This document shows, in pieces, positions 18,779-28,999 of a stretch of DNA of 64,000 nt. The position numbers were made by a program, and so were the translations under genes. This DNA is from a virus, in the IMG/VR virus record IMGVR_UViG_3300007516_000010, positions 417 through 64,416 of that record. The stretch is one strand, 5' to 3'. Position 1 is the stretch's first letter. Every line of letters begins with the position of its first letter. The notes under the pieces are model-generated. The model saw nothing but the letters and a program-made list of their open reading frames with translations. It was not told where the DNA came from and searched no databases.

Positions 18779-21700
18779 GCGACGATCAAGCCGGGCCGGT
18801 GACCGCCGCTGTGATCAGCTCGCGGCTACCGGCAAACCAGCCGATCATAAGCCTAAACAATAGGTCGCTTCCTCCGGTAGGCCGGGACATTGAGAACTGG
18901 GCCCGCAAACAGGAGCGGGCAGTTGAGTACGTACTGCGGCGGTGCCTCTACGGGCAAGGCGGTTACATGATGCCGTTCTCGCTCAACGCAGCTGGCGACG
19001 TAAAGCAGATGCAGGTGGTCAGCGGCCATCTTTGGTATCCCAACCCGGATAGAGTGACCCGGGGACCTGAGCCGGCCGATATCATGATTATCGGCAAATG
19101 GCTTAATGACCAGGATCTGGCGGCTCAGCGGATTTACGCTGGCGATCTCGGAAGTGTGCTGCGGACCAGCCTTCGCGGCGCTGGCTGGACCGAGAGCGAG
19201 ATGAGCAAGATTTACCTGACGACGGTGCTCAAGACCGAGCCGCCGGATTGGGGCAAGGCATCCATGCCGCGGCTGTGGGTGGACGCCCAGATCCACTTGC
19301 TGTGGCAGGAGATATTGTTGGTACGCCCGAAGTTCGTGTTGCTGCAAGGTGCGGACGCCGTGAAGGCAGTGCTCGGTAAGCGAGCGACCCTTAAGCAGGC
19401 TGAGGCCGCGTTTGTGAAAGTCGCGGTGGATTTCGCTGTCAGCTTCGGTAGCGACCCTGAACCCGCGGAGATCCAGTTCACGGCTTCGATTTCACCCGCG
19501 GCGGTGCTGCATGATCGCCAGCGGCCAGGTGAAGCGTCGAAGTACCTTACGCACGTCGAGCAGCGATTCGAGAGGCAGTTGCGGCTGTTTCGCGGCGTGG
19601 CGATCGAGGGCGGCAAGCTAGGAGACGGGTTAGCGGTAATTAAGGTGGACGTCGTTGGCAATCTCTTCGATCTCGAGGCGGCACTGGCGAAGATGCGAGA
19701 GGAGTGCCAGGACAAGCTAGTCGCATGGGATGCCGAGTGGCAGGGAGCACACCCGCAAAACGAAGGGTCCTACTTGCGATGCATTCAGTTCAGCTATCAC
19801 GACGACCACGCGGTAGTGATCGCTTTAACGCATCCGGGAGGGCAGCCACGGTTCACGCACATCGTGCAGACAGACGATGGTCCGCAGGTAACGACTGAAG
19901 GGGCGATGGCGGCGGCGATGGCGATGTGCAAGCAGTACATGCAGGGTCTGCGGGTTGTCGGTCATTACTTCGTCGCCGACTTAGAGTGGTTGGTCTACAG
20001 CGGGCTCGACCTACGAAAGGAGTATGACGCGGCGAAGAAGCCCAGTGGTGTCTACGCTGGCGAGGGTGGACTGGCGACGGAGCTGATGGCTCACGCTTGG
20101 GACGAGACCGCGAAGTTTGGCTTGGACGAGCAGGTGGCGACGCATCTTAATCTGCCACCTTACTGGAACGCTTTGGACGCTTGTAAGAAGCAGGCGAAAG
20201 AAGACCAGACGCTGTTGTTCGCTACGCAGACGGCAGCCTACAACGCAGCGGCTAAGGAACACCGTAAGGCTCGTAAAGCAGCCTTGGCGAAACGCTGGGC
20301 ACGTAATCGGGCAACGGGAGGCTGGATAGACAATCTGGAATCTTTGCGACGGGCGGAGTTAAAGCTGGCGACGGCCAGGCGTACCTACACAAGGCAGAAA
20401 TGGGATCACGATGAACGGTTGCGGGAGCTGCAGGCCGGTTACGGCTGGATACCCGATGATTTGCTTTATACGTACGGTGCATGGGACGCGGCTGCCGAGT
20501 TGCAGTTGGGCAAGCTCTACCTATCGCGACTCAAAGCAGATCGGCTGGGCAATGATTGCACGCGGGCTTACTGGATTAGCCACCGTGCGGCTCTGGCGGT
20601 GTTGGAGATTAACTCCACGGGGTTGCCGGTAGACCGTAAGAAGATCGATTACTTCTCGGAGGTTTTTGCAGTCAAGCGTGATCAGTTATTGGCCGACATT
20701 CGGAAGGAAATGCGATGGCCAACGTTTAACCCACGCAGCCGGTTCGAGTTTGCCGAGGCGCTTTTCGGCGAGCAGTACAACGGCTATTTCCAGCAGTACG
20801 GCAAGCGTAAGCGGATCCGTCCGCTGGGAGCTTTCACACTTCGTGCGGTACCGCTGCGGACGACAGGCCGCTATCCGATGGAGTGGGAGGAAGCGGTTAA
20901 GAAGACTAGCAACACCTGTACACCTAGTACAGGCAAGCAGACGCTCGGCGAGATGTTTTACTCCGGCGAGAAACTTCGGGTCTATCGGAAGGTAGACTCG
21001 GAGTGGGTAGTTCGGCAGGAAGATCACGGCAAGTTAATCGGGCTGCTGCGGGACTTCCGGTTCCTCGACCAGGCATTGAAGTCGCTGATTCGCGAGCCTG
21101 TAAAGGACAGCGAAGACAGCCTGGTTAAAGATGACGACGGCTGGAACGATTACGACAGCGGCGTGGTTCATATGATTTGCGGCGACGGACGGGTGCGGAC
21201 GCGTGTTCGACAGACTGTCGAGACGGGTCGCTGGGCGAGTTACGACCCCAACCTGACGAACTTGTCCAAGAGCCGCGAGAAGGATTACCGGCGGATACTA
21301 GGTAGCCAGTTCAGCGAGTCGATCCGGACGATCTTCGTACCGGACCCTGGTTGGTTTCTCGTCGAGGCGGATTACTCAGGTGCCGAGCTGATGATGGCGG
21401 CTATTCAGGCGGGCGATTTGAAAATGATTGAGCACTGCCAGCGTAACTTACTGGAAGACGACCATCCGGATTATTACGACATCCACTCATCGCTGACGGT
21501 GAAAGCGTTTAGGCTCGCCTGTGAGCCGACGAAGAAGGCTTTGGAGGGGATTAAGAAAGACCATTTGAGGACGGTTGCCAAGAGTGTTCTGTTCGGCCTT
21601 ATGTACGGACGCTCAGCTAGAGCGATTGCAATCGCGGTTCGACAGGAAGGCGTGTATATCACCGAGCAGGAAGCTGGTGAAATGATTGAAGCGGTGTTTG

Positions 21701-22296
21701 AGGCATACCCACAGTTGGAAGCGTTACTGGAAAACTGTCGCAACCGTGTCGAGCCCGGCTGGATGCGGAATATGTTCGGACGTCTTCGCCGGTTCCCGTA
21801 CACGAAGGACGAGTCGAAGCGGAAGGCGTTTGGGCGAGAGGCGATGAACGCTCCGATGCAGGGCGGTGTGGCGGATGCGATGAGTATCGCGGCCAGAAAT
21901 ATCATCGACTATCGCGACCGGCAGCAGATGCGGTACAAACTGGCTCTGCAGATTCACGATGCTTTTATTTTGCACGTCCCGGCGGACGAGCTGGAGCACG
22001 TGATCGATTCAGTCGCGGGAGTTTTTAAGCGGTGCATGGTTGACGCGGTGCCCCTGCGTCAGACCGATTTGGAAGGCCACCGGACAGCCAATGATGAGGT
22101 TTACCGATTCGGTATCGGGATCGACATCTACGGTGGCTGGGGCGAGGTACCGGATCCTGCCCGGTTCCTTGACTATGGACTGGACCCGGCACTGGCGGAC
22201 TGGAAATTGGACGACAATGATCCAGACCGCTGGCTGCACAGGTCCAAGCGGGGTGTTTATTGGTCGCAGCGGCGACGCAACTTTTTCACGAATTAG
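18775..22296 (+). CDS. polA: family A DNA polymerase with an N-terminal degenerate uracil-DNA-glycosylase-like domain and a 3'-5' exonuclease
   Basis: UDG-fold segment GPEPADIMIIG...IYLTTVLK...EILLVRPKFVLLQG; exo AWDAEW, HYFVADL, YGAWD; pol motifs A EADYSGAEL, B RTVAKSVLFGLMYG, C LQIHDAF. Confidence 0.92.
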   Translation: MSDDQAGPVTAAVISSRLPANQPIISLNNRSLPPVGRDIENWARKQERAVEYVLRRCLYGQGGYMMPFSLNAAGDVKQMQVVSGHLWYPNPDRVTRGPEPADIMIIGKWLNDQDLAAQRIYAGDLGSVLRTSLRGAGWTESEMSKIYLTTVLKTEPPDWGKASMPRLWVDAQIHLLWQEILLVRPKFVLLQGADAVKAVLGKRATLKQAEAAFVKVAVDFAVSFGSDPEPAEIQFTASISPAAVLHDRQRPGEASKYLTHVEQRFERQLRLFRGVAIEGGKLGDGLAVIKVDVVGNLFDLEAALAKMREECQDKLVAWDAEWQGAHPQNEGSYLRCIQFSYHDDHAVVIALTHPGGQPRFTHIVQTDDGPQVTTEGAMAAAMAMCKQYMQGLRVVGHYFVADLEWLVYSGLDLRKEYDAAKKPSGVYAGEGGLATELMAHAWDETAKFGLDEQVATHLNLPPYWNALDACKKQAKEDQTLLFATQTAAYNAAAKEHRKARKAALAKRWARNRATGGWIDNLESLRRAELKLATARRTYTRQKWDHDERLRELQAGYGWIPDDLLYTYGAWDAAAELQLGKLYLSRLKADRLGNDCTRAYWISHRAALAVLEINSTGLPVDRKKIDYFSEVFAVKRDQLLADIRKEMRWPTFNPRSRFEFAEALFGEQYNGYFQQYGKRKRIRPLGAFTLRAVPLRTTGRYPMEWEEAVKKTSNTCTPSTGKQTLGEMFYSGEKLRVYRKVDSEWVVRQEDHGKLIGLLRDFRFLDQALKSLIREPVKDSEDSLVKDDDGWNDYDSGVVHMICGDGRVRTRVRQTVETGRWASYDPNLTNLSKSREKDYRRILGSQFSESIRTIFVPDPGWFLVEADYSGAELMMAAIQAGDLKMIEHCQRNLLEDDHPDYYDIHSSLTVKAFRLACEPTKKALEGIKKDHLRTVAKSVLFGLMYGRSARAIAIAVRQEGVYITEQEAGEMIEAVFEAYPQLEALLENCRNRVEPGWMRNMFGRLRRFPYTKDESKRKAFGREAMNAPMQGGVADAMSIAARNIIDYRDRQQMRYKLALQIHDAFILHVPADELEHVIDSVAGVFKRCMVDAVPLRQTDLEGHRTANDEVYRFGIGIDIYGGWGEVPDPARFLDYGLDPALADWKLDDNDPDRWLHRSKRGVYWSQRRRNFFTN

Positions 22297-22304
22297 GGAC
22301 AACG

Positions 22305-23969
22305 ATGGCAGATTTTAAGAGAAGACGACCAAGTACTGTTGAGACCAAAGTCCAAGGGGGCATTCCAGGTTTCAAGATCTTTAAAGCGGGAGTCAGGGCA
22401 AGCATTTGTTTTCCGGATTTTAAGACGCATGCGATCCCGTCGGTTGGTCATATTGTGCCGACGATCGTGTCGTCGGACGCGACCGGACGCAAGATTAAGA
22501 AGCAGTTCATGGCGTACCGAGACGACCATGGCGTCGCCGGGCTGACGCCGTGGTACTTCCTAGCCGACGTCGCACGCAGTGTAGGCATTGGCGACGACCA
22601 GCGGACGTTTATCGCCGCAGACGCCGCAGATGAGGAAGGCGGCGGCGTGCTGACTTCGCCGTATGGAATTCTGTACAGCCGGATCAAGAAAGCGGTCAAA
22701 GCAGCATCCGGACCCGGCAAGGACATGCGAGTCGATTGCGAGATCAAGAAGGTTAATCCGAAGCTGTGGTTCGACTTGTTTGCCAGCAACGATACGGGCT
22801 TCAAGGATGTCGCACTGATTGATCCGAAGAAGATGCGTACCGGGTTCGTGCCTTGGCTGTCGCTCTACGAAGGTGGTCGCTTGCGGCTGGAGGAAGGTTA
22901 CCTTCGCGGAGCCGGCGGGCGAGATCAGGCCCAGATACTGATGCTGTCTGGGTCGGCGATGCAGGCACTCATTGAGGCCGCTTGTTTGGAGACGCCTGGT
23001 GTCGACCCGAACGACGCGTTTAACGACACCTACGTGCATGGCGACTTCACGGCGTTGGATGGAACCGGCAAGTTCGTGGTGATTTACAACGCCGATAAAC
23101 ACAAGACCGTCGGCGAAATTCTTTGCCGTAAAGTCACGCAGAAGATCGAGATGGACGCCGACGATTCCGAGGAAGAATATGATCCGGAAGCTGAAGGCGG
23201 TGGCGGCAAGCAGAAAGGCGAACGCAGCACGTTCGGCAACTATTCGGTCGATTTCTCTTCGAAGGTGCGTCTTTGTGCACCTGGCGACGAAACACGCGAC
23301 GTCACCTATTCCCAGGCGAAGCTGATCGCCAAGGAAGGTTTGTCCGATAGCGTCCTGGAGAATTACGACGAGATCTGGAGCTACTTCCGCCTGATGTCGG
23401 CTCCCGAGCAGATGATCGAGCTGGCTTCGGCGTTTAAGAAGAAGCCGGAAGTAATGTATTACGCGTTCAAACCGACGCCGGAACTGATGACGGCGGAAGT
23501 TCGCGGCATCCTGCAGGCAAGTGCTCAGGTGGCCATGCCGTCAGGGAACGGTTATTCCGACGACGACGACAGTGATGAATCGTCCGCGGCCCACTCAGAT
23601 AGCCCATACGACGATGACGACGTGGAAGAGTACGACGTCAGCGACGAGCCGCCGGCGAAGGAAAAGGGCGCCTACGTGAGCGACTCCGCGAAAGCCAAGC
23701 TTGCTGCATTGACTAGCGGCAAGTCTGCGGTAACTAAACCGCAGGAGCTGCATGAGCTTGAAGACGGGATGAATTCGCTTTTAACTCGCACGAGTAAAGT
23801 AGAGACGCCGGTCAAGAAGAAGGTAGTTACTGGCGGCGTTTCCGCTGTCTTCGCGACCAGGAAAGTGATTAAGAAAGTGGTTAAGAAAGTGGTCAAGAAA
23901 GCGACGCCACAGCCGCAAGCGGACCCACCAGCCAAGAAAAAGCGACCTACTGACGGTCTACCGTCCTAG
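22305..23969 (+). CDS. hypothetical protein, possibly ssDNA-binding or a recombination mediator
   Basis: lies between polA and recA; acidic tracts and a Lys-rich C-terminus; function inferred from context only. Confidence 0.6.
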   Translation: MADFKRRRPSTVETKVQGGIPGFKIFKAGVRASICFPDFKTHAIPSVGHIVPTIVSSDATGRKIKKQFMAYRDDHGVAGLTPWYFLADVARSVGIGDDQRTFIAADAADEEGGGVLTSPYGILYSRIKKAVKAASGPGKDMRVDCEIKKVNPKLWFDLFASNDTGFKDVALIDPKKMRTGFVPWLSLYEGGRLRLEEGYLRGAGGRDQAQILMLSGSAMQALIEAACLETPGVDPNDAFNDTYVHGDFTALDGTGKFVVIYNADKHKTVGEILCRKVTQKIEMDADDSEEEYDPEAEGGGGKQKGERSTFGNYSVDFSSKVRLCAPGDETRDVTYSQAKLIAKEGLSDSVLENYDEIWSYFRLMSAPEQMIELASAFKKKPEVMYYAFKPTPELMTAEVRGILQASAQVAMPSGNGYSDDDDSDESSAAHSDSPYDDDDVEEYDVSDEPPAKEKGAYVSDSAKAKLAALTSGKSAVTKPQELHELEDGMNSLLTRTSKVETPVKKKVVTGGVSAVFATRKVIKKVVKKVVKKATPQPQADPPAKKKRPTDGLPS

Positions 23970-23984
23970 TTAGCAGCAATCAAC

Positions 23985-24016
23985 GGGCGGCGACAAAATC
24001 GTTTTTGTCGCCGCCC
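23985..24016. repeat. 28-bp dispersed palindrome, copy 4 (centre TCGT, arms extended to 14 bp)
   Basis: GGGCGGCGACAAAA-TCGT-TTTTGTCGCCGCCC. Confidence 0.95.
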
Positions 24017-24055
24017 CGGCAAGGGAACGCAAAAAAACTTCAACGATAAACAAAC

Positions 24056-25807
24056 ATGGCGAAGAAGAAGATAACTAGTTTGACAACCCCGCGGCGGCGA
24101 GCACCACAGTCTACCGCGGCTAGTTTACCGGTGGCGGCGTTACCGGTACCGCCGCTGGCCAGCGTGAAACCAGCGGTGAAACCCGCGGCCGCGAAGAGGA
24201 AAACGAAAACACCGGTAAGGCTGAGCGAGGCAGACAGCGAGACCGTTGAGAAGATTAACACCCGCGTTTCTCACAGACACGCACGGAGAGCCACCGAGCG
24301 GGAATCGTTCGTGAGTGTTTACAACGGCATACTAGAGAAGCAGCGGATTAAGAAGAAGATCGGCGAGGACAGTTTGATAGGCTTCGGTGCCGATACGTTT
24401 CAGCTAGGCATTCCGCTTCCGTTCATGCTGCAGTACATGTTTGGCTGTGCGGTACTGCCGATGGGCACTGTAATTGAAGCCAACGGCCCGCAGATGTCCT
24501 GCAAGACGATGTTGATGTACGAGTTCGGACGCTTTTTCAAGAATAGCGGCGGATGGCTCGACATGATTCTAACTGAAGGCAAGGTATCGACTAGCCTGAT
24601 CCGCTCGGTCGTCGGCTGGGACAAGCGATCACGAGACGCGGTATTTTCCGTTCGGGTCAGGCACATGAACCAGATGATGGATGAGATTACTCGGCGGCTG
24701 GCGATCGTGCACACGATGGCTACCAAGGGTATCGATGGGGCTCCTAAGACTGGCTACAAGTTTCCTGTGCTGATGGGGGTCGACTCGATTATGGGTGCGA
24801 ATGCCCTGGAGACGAAGAATAAGATCGAGAAGGAGGGCAGCACGAAACGCGGCTTCCCGATTGAGGCGTTGATCCTTAGCCCGTATCTCAAGAACGTGTC
24901 CTCAAATATCTCAGGGTTCCCGATCTCACTTTTCTTGATCAACCATCGCAAGGAGAAAGAAAAGGACGACGCGAAGCCGTACGAGAAGGTCAAGTTCACT
25001 AAATCTGGCGGCAAGCAGCTCCGCTTCCAGGCGACCTACGAGTTAGTGACGCATATGGTACGGGAATGGGTTTCTGGCGATCCGCGTCCCAATAGCAGCA
25101 GCGAGATCGAGAACCGCACGATACGCATTGGAAACGATAAGAATTCCGCGGGCACTAACGGACGTGAATTCGATATCCGAGTGAGCTGGCGGTTCCGCGT
25201 GTTGCCGAAGAAGCGAAACGACGGCAAGACAGTGCTGGTCGCTAGACAGATCACCCAGTGGCACTGGGAGGAAGCGATCGCCCCGTTCTTGATGAGCTGG
25301 AAAAAGGGCAGGACGAACGCCCAGGGAGTTAGTAAGGGGGCACAAGAGAGGGTAGCTAAGCTTGATGCGGTGCTTCATCTCAGGGAGGTAACTAAGGGGT
25401 CGTTCTACAGCGACACGCTGGGTATCCCGAAAGCGAAACCGGTTACCGCGTCCGTGATTGGCCGGATGCTTGAGCCTAGCGAAGAAGACAAGTTGGAGGA
25501 AACTGCCGCGGTGCGTGAAAAGCGAGACACGATCATCAAGGGCATACGCGCGGTCTTTGGTATCGACGATGGGTACGAGTGGGACTCAAACGTCGATTAC
25601 CGGTTGGCGATGAAGAAGCTGCAGGACTTCGCCACAAAAGAAGGCGGCGACAGCTTGGACGATTACGTGGATGCTTTAAAGCACAACCGGTTTGAAGACG
25701 ACGAGACTTTTGACGCGGTGCACCTGGGTCTCGACGATCTAACCTTTGACGGTGATGACGACTCGGACATGATCGATGACGACGACGAGGATGACTCGTA
25801 TGGTTAG
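24056..25807 (+). CDS. recA: RecA/UvsX-like recombinase
   Basis: VIEANGPQMSCKT (variant Walker A), LMGVDSI, FLINH, SGGKQLRFQA. Confidence 0.8.
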   Translation: MAKKKITSLTTPRRRAPQSTAASLPVAALPVPPLASVKPAVKPAAAKRKTKTPVRLSEADSETVEKINTRVSHRHARRATERESFVSVYNGILEKQRIKKKIGEDSLIGFGADTFQLGIPLPFMLQYMFGCAVLPMGTVIEANGPQMSCKTMLMYEFGRFFKNSGGWLDMILTEGKVSTSLIRSVVGWDKRSRDAVFSVRVRHMNQMMDEITRRLAIVHTMATKGIDGAPKTGYKFPVLMGVDSIMGANALETKNKIEKEGSTKRGFPIEALILSPYLKNVSSNISGFPISLFLINHRKEKEKDDAKPYEKVKFTKSGGKQLRFQATYELVTHMVREWVSGDPRPNSSSEIENRTIRIGNDKNSAGTNGREFDIRVSWRFRVLPKKRNDGKTVLVARQITQWHWEEAIAPFLMSWKKGRTNAQGVSKGAQERVAKLDAVLHLREVTKGSFYSDTLGIPKAKPVTASVIGRMLEPSEEDKLEETAAVREKRDTIIKGIRAVFGIDDGYEWDSNVDYRLAMKKLQDFATKEGGDSLDDYVDALKHNRFEDDETFDAVHLGLDDLTFDGDDDSDMIDDDDEDDSYG

Positions 25808-26345
25808 TCCAAGGGATCAGTTGGCCGCTAGGCTGTCTCGCAAGGAGGGCCGGGACGCCGACTTCGACACCAAGGCAACCGCCGACTTGCTACGCGGCAT
25901 TAAGCTTCCGCCGACGCTGCGTCAGCGAGTCTATGACCACGCCGAGCAGCGAAAGCGAGGGCAACCTAGGATCAAGGATTTCCGCGAGGTGTTCCCTGAT
26001 TTCCCGGTTTACATCACCGTTGACCGGCGAGAGAATTTGCGAGACACAGCGGGGCTGGGCCAGTTGTTTCCTGCGCAGAAGATGGCTTCGCAGCCGTTCG
26101 TGCAAGAGTTTTTTAAACTGCGAGCGGCAAGGCATTACGAGATAGCGGGACGCCCGGTCGTGGTTTTGATACGCTGGCCGAGCATGGCCGGGACCGTGGC
26201 CCTGCATCAAATTCCTTATGACTCGGATTTGCCAGGTGTTTCGATCCGGCTAACTATTCCTGGCGATCCGGCGGAGCGATTAGCGGTCGAGCCGGTCGAA
26301 CAGCTATTCACGCTGTTGAGCAGTTACGGCGTGATCATTAGCTGA
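25800..26345 (+). CDS. hypothetical protein
   Basis: ATG 25800 overlapping the end of recA. Confidence 0.65.
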   Translation: MVSPRDQLAARLSRKEGRDADFDTKATADLLRGIKLPPTLRQRVYDHAEQRKRGQPRIKDFREVFPDFPVYITVDRRENLRDTAGLGQLFPAQKMASQPFVQEFFKLRAARHYEIAGRPVVVLIRWPSMAGTVALHQIPYDSDLPGVSIRLTIPGDPAERLAVEPVEQLFTLLSSYGVIIS

Positions 26346-26368
26346 TGGGTTCAAAGTAGGGAAAAGCG

Positions 26369-27403
26369 ATGATTGTTCCGGTACGCAAACTCGACTTTAC
26401 GGGCGTAGAAGGTAAACGGCTTTTTGTGGGCCTGCTAGCGGCCGACGCCAAGAATCTACGCCTGATTGAGGTCGACAGTGCTCAGTCGATCTATCTCGAC
26501 GCTCGCTGTTTGATGGCAGGCAAGTACCAGATCACGGCGGTCGGGGCGAACCAGTACTTTGCCGTCTTGGGCAAAGGGCTTAATCAATTGGTTCGATTTA
26601 TGCTCTCAGACGAGGCTGGACACAGTACTCAGCCGGGTGAGATCAATCCGATGATCGCGAGGATAGTGAATCAATTAGCCAAGCATCGCGAGGTAGCGAT
26701 GCTTGGCCATCGGGCGGTGGTCTCCGAAGACCGACGGCAGCTTGATGGGTTTGTGGGTAGGTCGTACTTCGTAGTTTCGAATTTCGAGGTACACGATTAT
26801 TTCAGCATGGCGTGCGAGGCGCTGCGAGGTAACTTGAAGTTTTATACTGCCTCGATACATGGTCGAGACATGACCGCTGTTTACGCAGCGAAAAGTGACA
26901 CGATCAAGATGAATGAGGTGGTGCTCAAGCAGGGGGCGGTGATTCAGAACAGTGAGACTGCTGGCAGGGCGATACGCAGTGCGTGTGTGGTGCTCGACTC
27001 GGTTAGCCGTCAGTGGAGCGTGGACCGGTTCTACGCTGACACTCGTGTGCTGCACATCCGAGGAGCGAAACTGCGAGATCGGATGATGCAGTCAGCCGAT
27101 ACGTTGTCTGGATACCAGATGTCATCGGAAGAAATTTCTTCCGCGATAGCGAAGGCAAGGTCGCGAAGTTTATCTCCTGAGGCATTGCAGGCGGGACGGT
27201 CGAAATTGGTAAGTAGGGCGGAGAGACTGGGGGTATCCGCGGAGCTAGTTGACCAGATACTTTCTTCGCTAACGTTGGACACCAGACGAGCACCTACCTT
27301 GTTTGATATCTACACAAAGTGTTTACTACAGGCAGCGAACACGAATCTGAATCGTTCGATGCCGCTCAGACAGTTTGCGTTTTCTTTAGTGTTCGGCGGG
27401 TAA
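26369..27403 (+). CDS. hypothetical protein, possibly DUF932-like
   Basis: GRSYFVVSNFEV...GAVIQNSETAGRAI resembles the DUF932 core. Confidence 0.5.
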   Translation: MIVPVRKLDFTGVEGKRLFVGLLAADAKNLRLIEVDSAQSIYLDARCLMAGKYQITAVGANQYFAVLGKGLNQLVRFMLSDEAGHSTQPGEINPMIARIVNQLAKHREVAMLGHRAVVSEDRRQLDGFVGRSYFVVSNFEVHDYFSMACEALRGNLKFYTASIHGRDMTAVYAAKSDTIKMNEVVLKQGAVIQNSETAGRAIRSACVVLDSVSRQWSVDRFYADTRVLHIRGAKLRDRMMQSADTLSGYQMSSEEISSAIAKARSRSLSPEALQAGRSKLVSRAERLGVSAELVDQILSSLTLDTRRAPTLFDIYTKCLLQAANTNLNRSMPLRQFAFSLVFGG

Positions 27404-27443
27404 ATTTCCTACCGGACAAGAGTTTCTACAGTGAAGGGCTAAT

Positions 27444-28553
27444 ATGGCGAATAGAGACGAGTTGGCGGTTACGACGGAGAAGGTCGCTACCGAGGGTCAG
27501 TTGGTGTTGACCACCGTGAAGACGTTCAATCCACTGATGACAGATGTGAATCGTAGGTGGGAAACTGGTTTGCGAAGCCGGGCGGCTGATGACGCCAAGT
27601 TGTTCTACATGATGGCAACGGACGTTGTGACGATAGCTCGCAATCCGGAAGGCTACGGAGATGACGCAGTCGAGCGGCTATGGAAAGTGCACCATTTGGA
27701 CGATGCGACCAAGAAGCTCTATCTGTTGGTCGGCACAACCATTAAGCGAGAGTTCTTCGAGCAGATAGAGCAGTACAACGCTTCAGCGAACTCGGCGTAC
27801 GCTTCGATCAGCGCTGGTCACCTGATATTGATCTCGTCGCTACCGACGGATAAGGCGAGGCAGAAATGCTTCTCGCTCATCAAGTTTAACAAGTGGTCAA
27901 TCAAGTCGGCCAAAGTCTGGGCGGACGAGCAGAACGATAAGCTGGGCGAGAAAGACAGCAAGCCAAAAAGAATTGTGACGATGTTCGGCAAGATCATTAA
28001 AAGTGCCAAGCAGTTGATCGATTCGAGTGACCCGCTGTCTAACGAAACGTTTATCAGCGATCTGGAATCGGTCGACTCCAAGGATACGGCCACAGCGATA
28101 GAGCGATGTATCGCGATCAAGGAAGCCTACGAGACGATCTGCGAGACAGGCGAAGACCGGATCATGGTGCTGGACAACGTGATTCAGCGGTTGTCAGATC
28201 AGCGAAACGCGACCCAGGCTCGCTTGGCAGCGAAGAATCAGGACCTGGAGGATCGCCAGTCGAAGGCCAAGCGGAAGCTAGCGGCCGCTGCGGAGGCAAG
28301 TAACGCCGCAGCAACAAATCCGGCTAAGGGCGAGATAGTACAGGGCAAGGTAGTTAAAGGTAAGTTAGCGGCACCGGTTGCCGCGGCCGTGACACGTGTA
28401 CCGGTACTTAAGAAGGTGTCGCGCACGGGAAGTACGCAGCCGGCCGCGAAGTCAGTTCCTCCGCAGACCAAGCAGGTGACAAAATCCCCAACCAATCCTC
28501 CCATGCCCGCGAAAAAGAAGAAGCTTGTTCGCCGGGTTATCAATCCGAGCTGA
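27444..28553 (+). CDS. hypothetical helical protein with a basic low-complexity C-terminal tail
   Basis: 369 aa; ends PAKKKKLVRRVINPS. Confidence 0.7.
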   Translation: MANRDELAVTTEKVATEGQLVLTTVKTFNPLMTDVNRRWETGLRSRAADDAKLFYMMATDVVTIARNPEGYGDDAVERLWKVHHLDDATKKLYLLVGTTIKREFFEQIEQYNASANSAYASISAGHLILISSLPTDKARQKCFSLIKFNKWSIKSAKVWADEQNDKLGEKDSKPKRIVTMFGKIIKSAKQLIDSSDPLSNETFISDLESVDSKDTATAIERCIAIKEAYETICETGEDRIMVLDNVIQRLSDQRNATQARLAAKNQDLEDRQSKAKRKLAAAAEASNAAATNPAKGEIVQGKVVKGKLAAPVAAAVTRVPVLKKVSRTGSTQPAAKSVPPQTKQVTKSPTNPPMPAKKKKLVRRVINPS

Positions 28554-28572
28554 TCGTCGGTAGTTTTTATTC

Positions 28573-28611
28573 CCCTGGTCTTCTCTTCGATTCGCCAGAA
28601 GACCAGGGTTT
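28573..28611 (+). terminator. 12-bp stem-loop, probable terminator or processing site
   Basis: CCCTGGTCTTCT/AGAAGACCAGGG followed by TTT. Confidence 0.55.
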
Positions 28612-28621
28612 ACGGGCTGCT

Positions 28622-28999
28622 ATGGTGGCAACCGGCGACGGGCTGAGCGTTTACTACTTTGGCGAAGACGGCCCGCTGATCAGTGACATCGTCGCTGAGG
28701 GCATCATTGACAGCCGCAAGTCGGCCATGAAGCTGGTCGCTGACGCGGTGTGTCATGCGATTAATTCCGGTGCGGACTACTTCGAGTTGCTGCGAATGGT
28801 CGGGAGAATGCGAGCCGTCTCAACAAGCTATGCGTTTACGCTCGGCGATGATTGGGAGACAGGGACGATCGAGGCTACGTTACAGGTGGCGTACTGGCAG
28901 TTTAACGCTAAGACGGAAGAGCTGGTCAGGATCATCCCGGACGTGTCACACGATCTACGTGCACTTCGGGACTGGGAGGCTGGCAGTGCTTGTCAGTAA
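28622..28999 (+). CDS. hypothetical protein
   Basis: 125-aa ORF. Confidence 0.6.
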   Translation: MVATGDGLSVYYFGEDGPLISDIVAEGIIDSRKSAMKLVADAVCHAINSGADYFELLRMVGRMRAVSTSYAFTLGDDWETGTIEATLQVAYWQFNAKTEELVRIIPDVSHDLRALRDWEAGSACQ

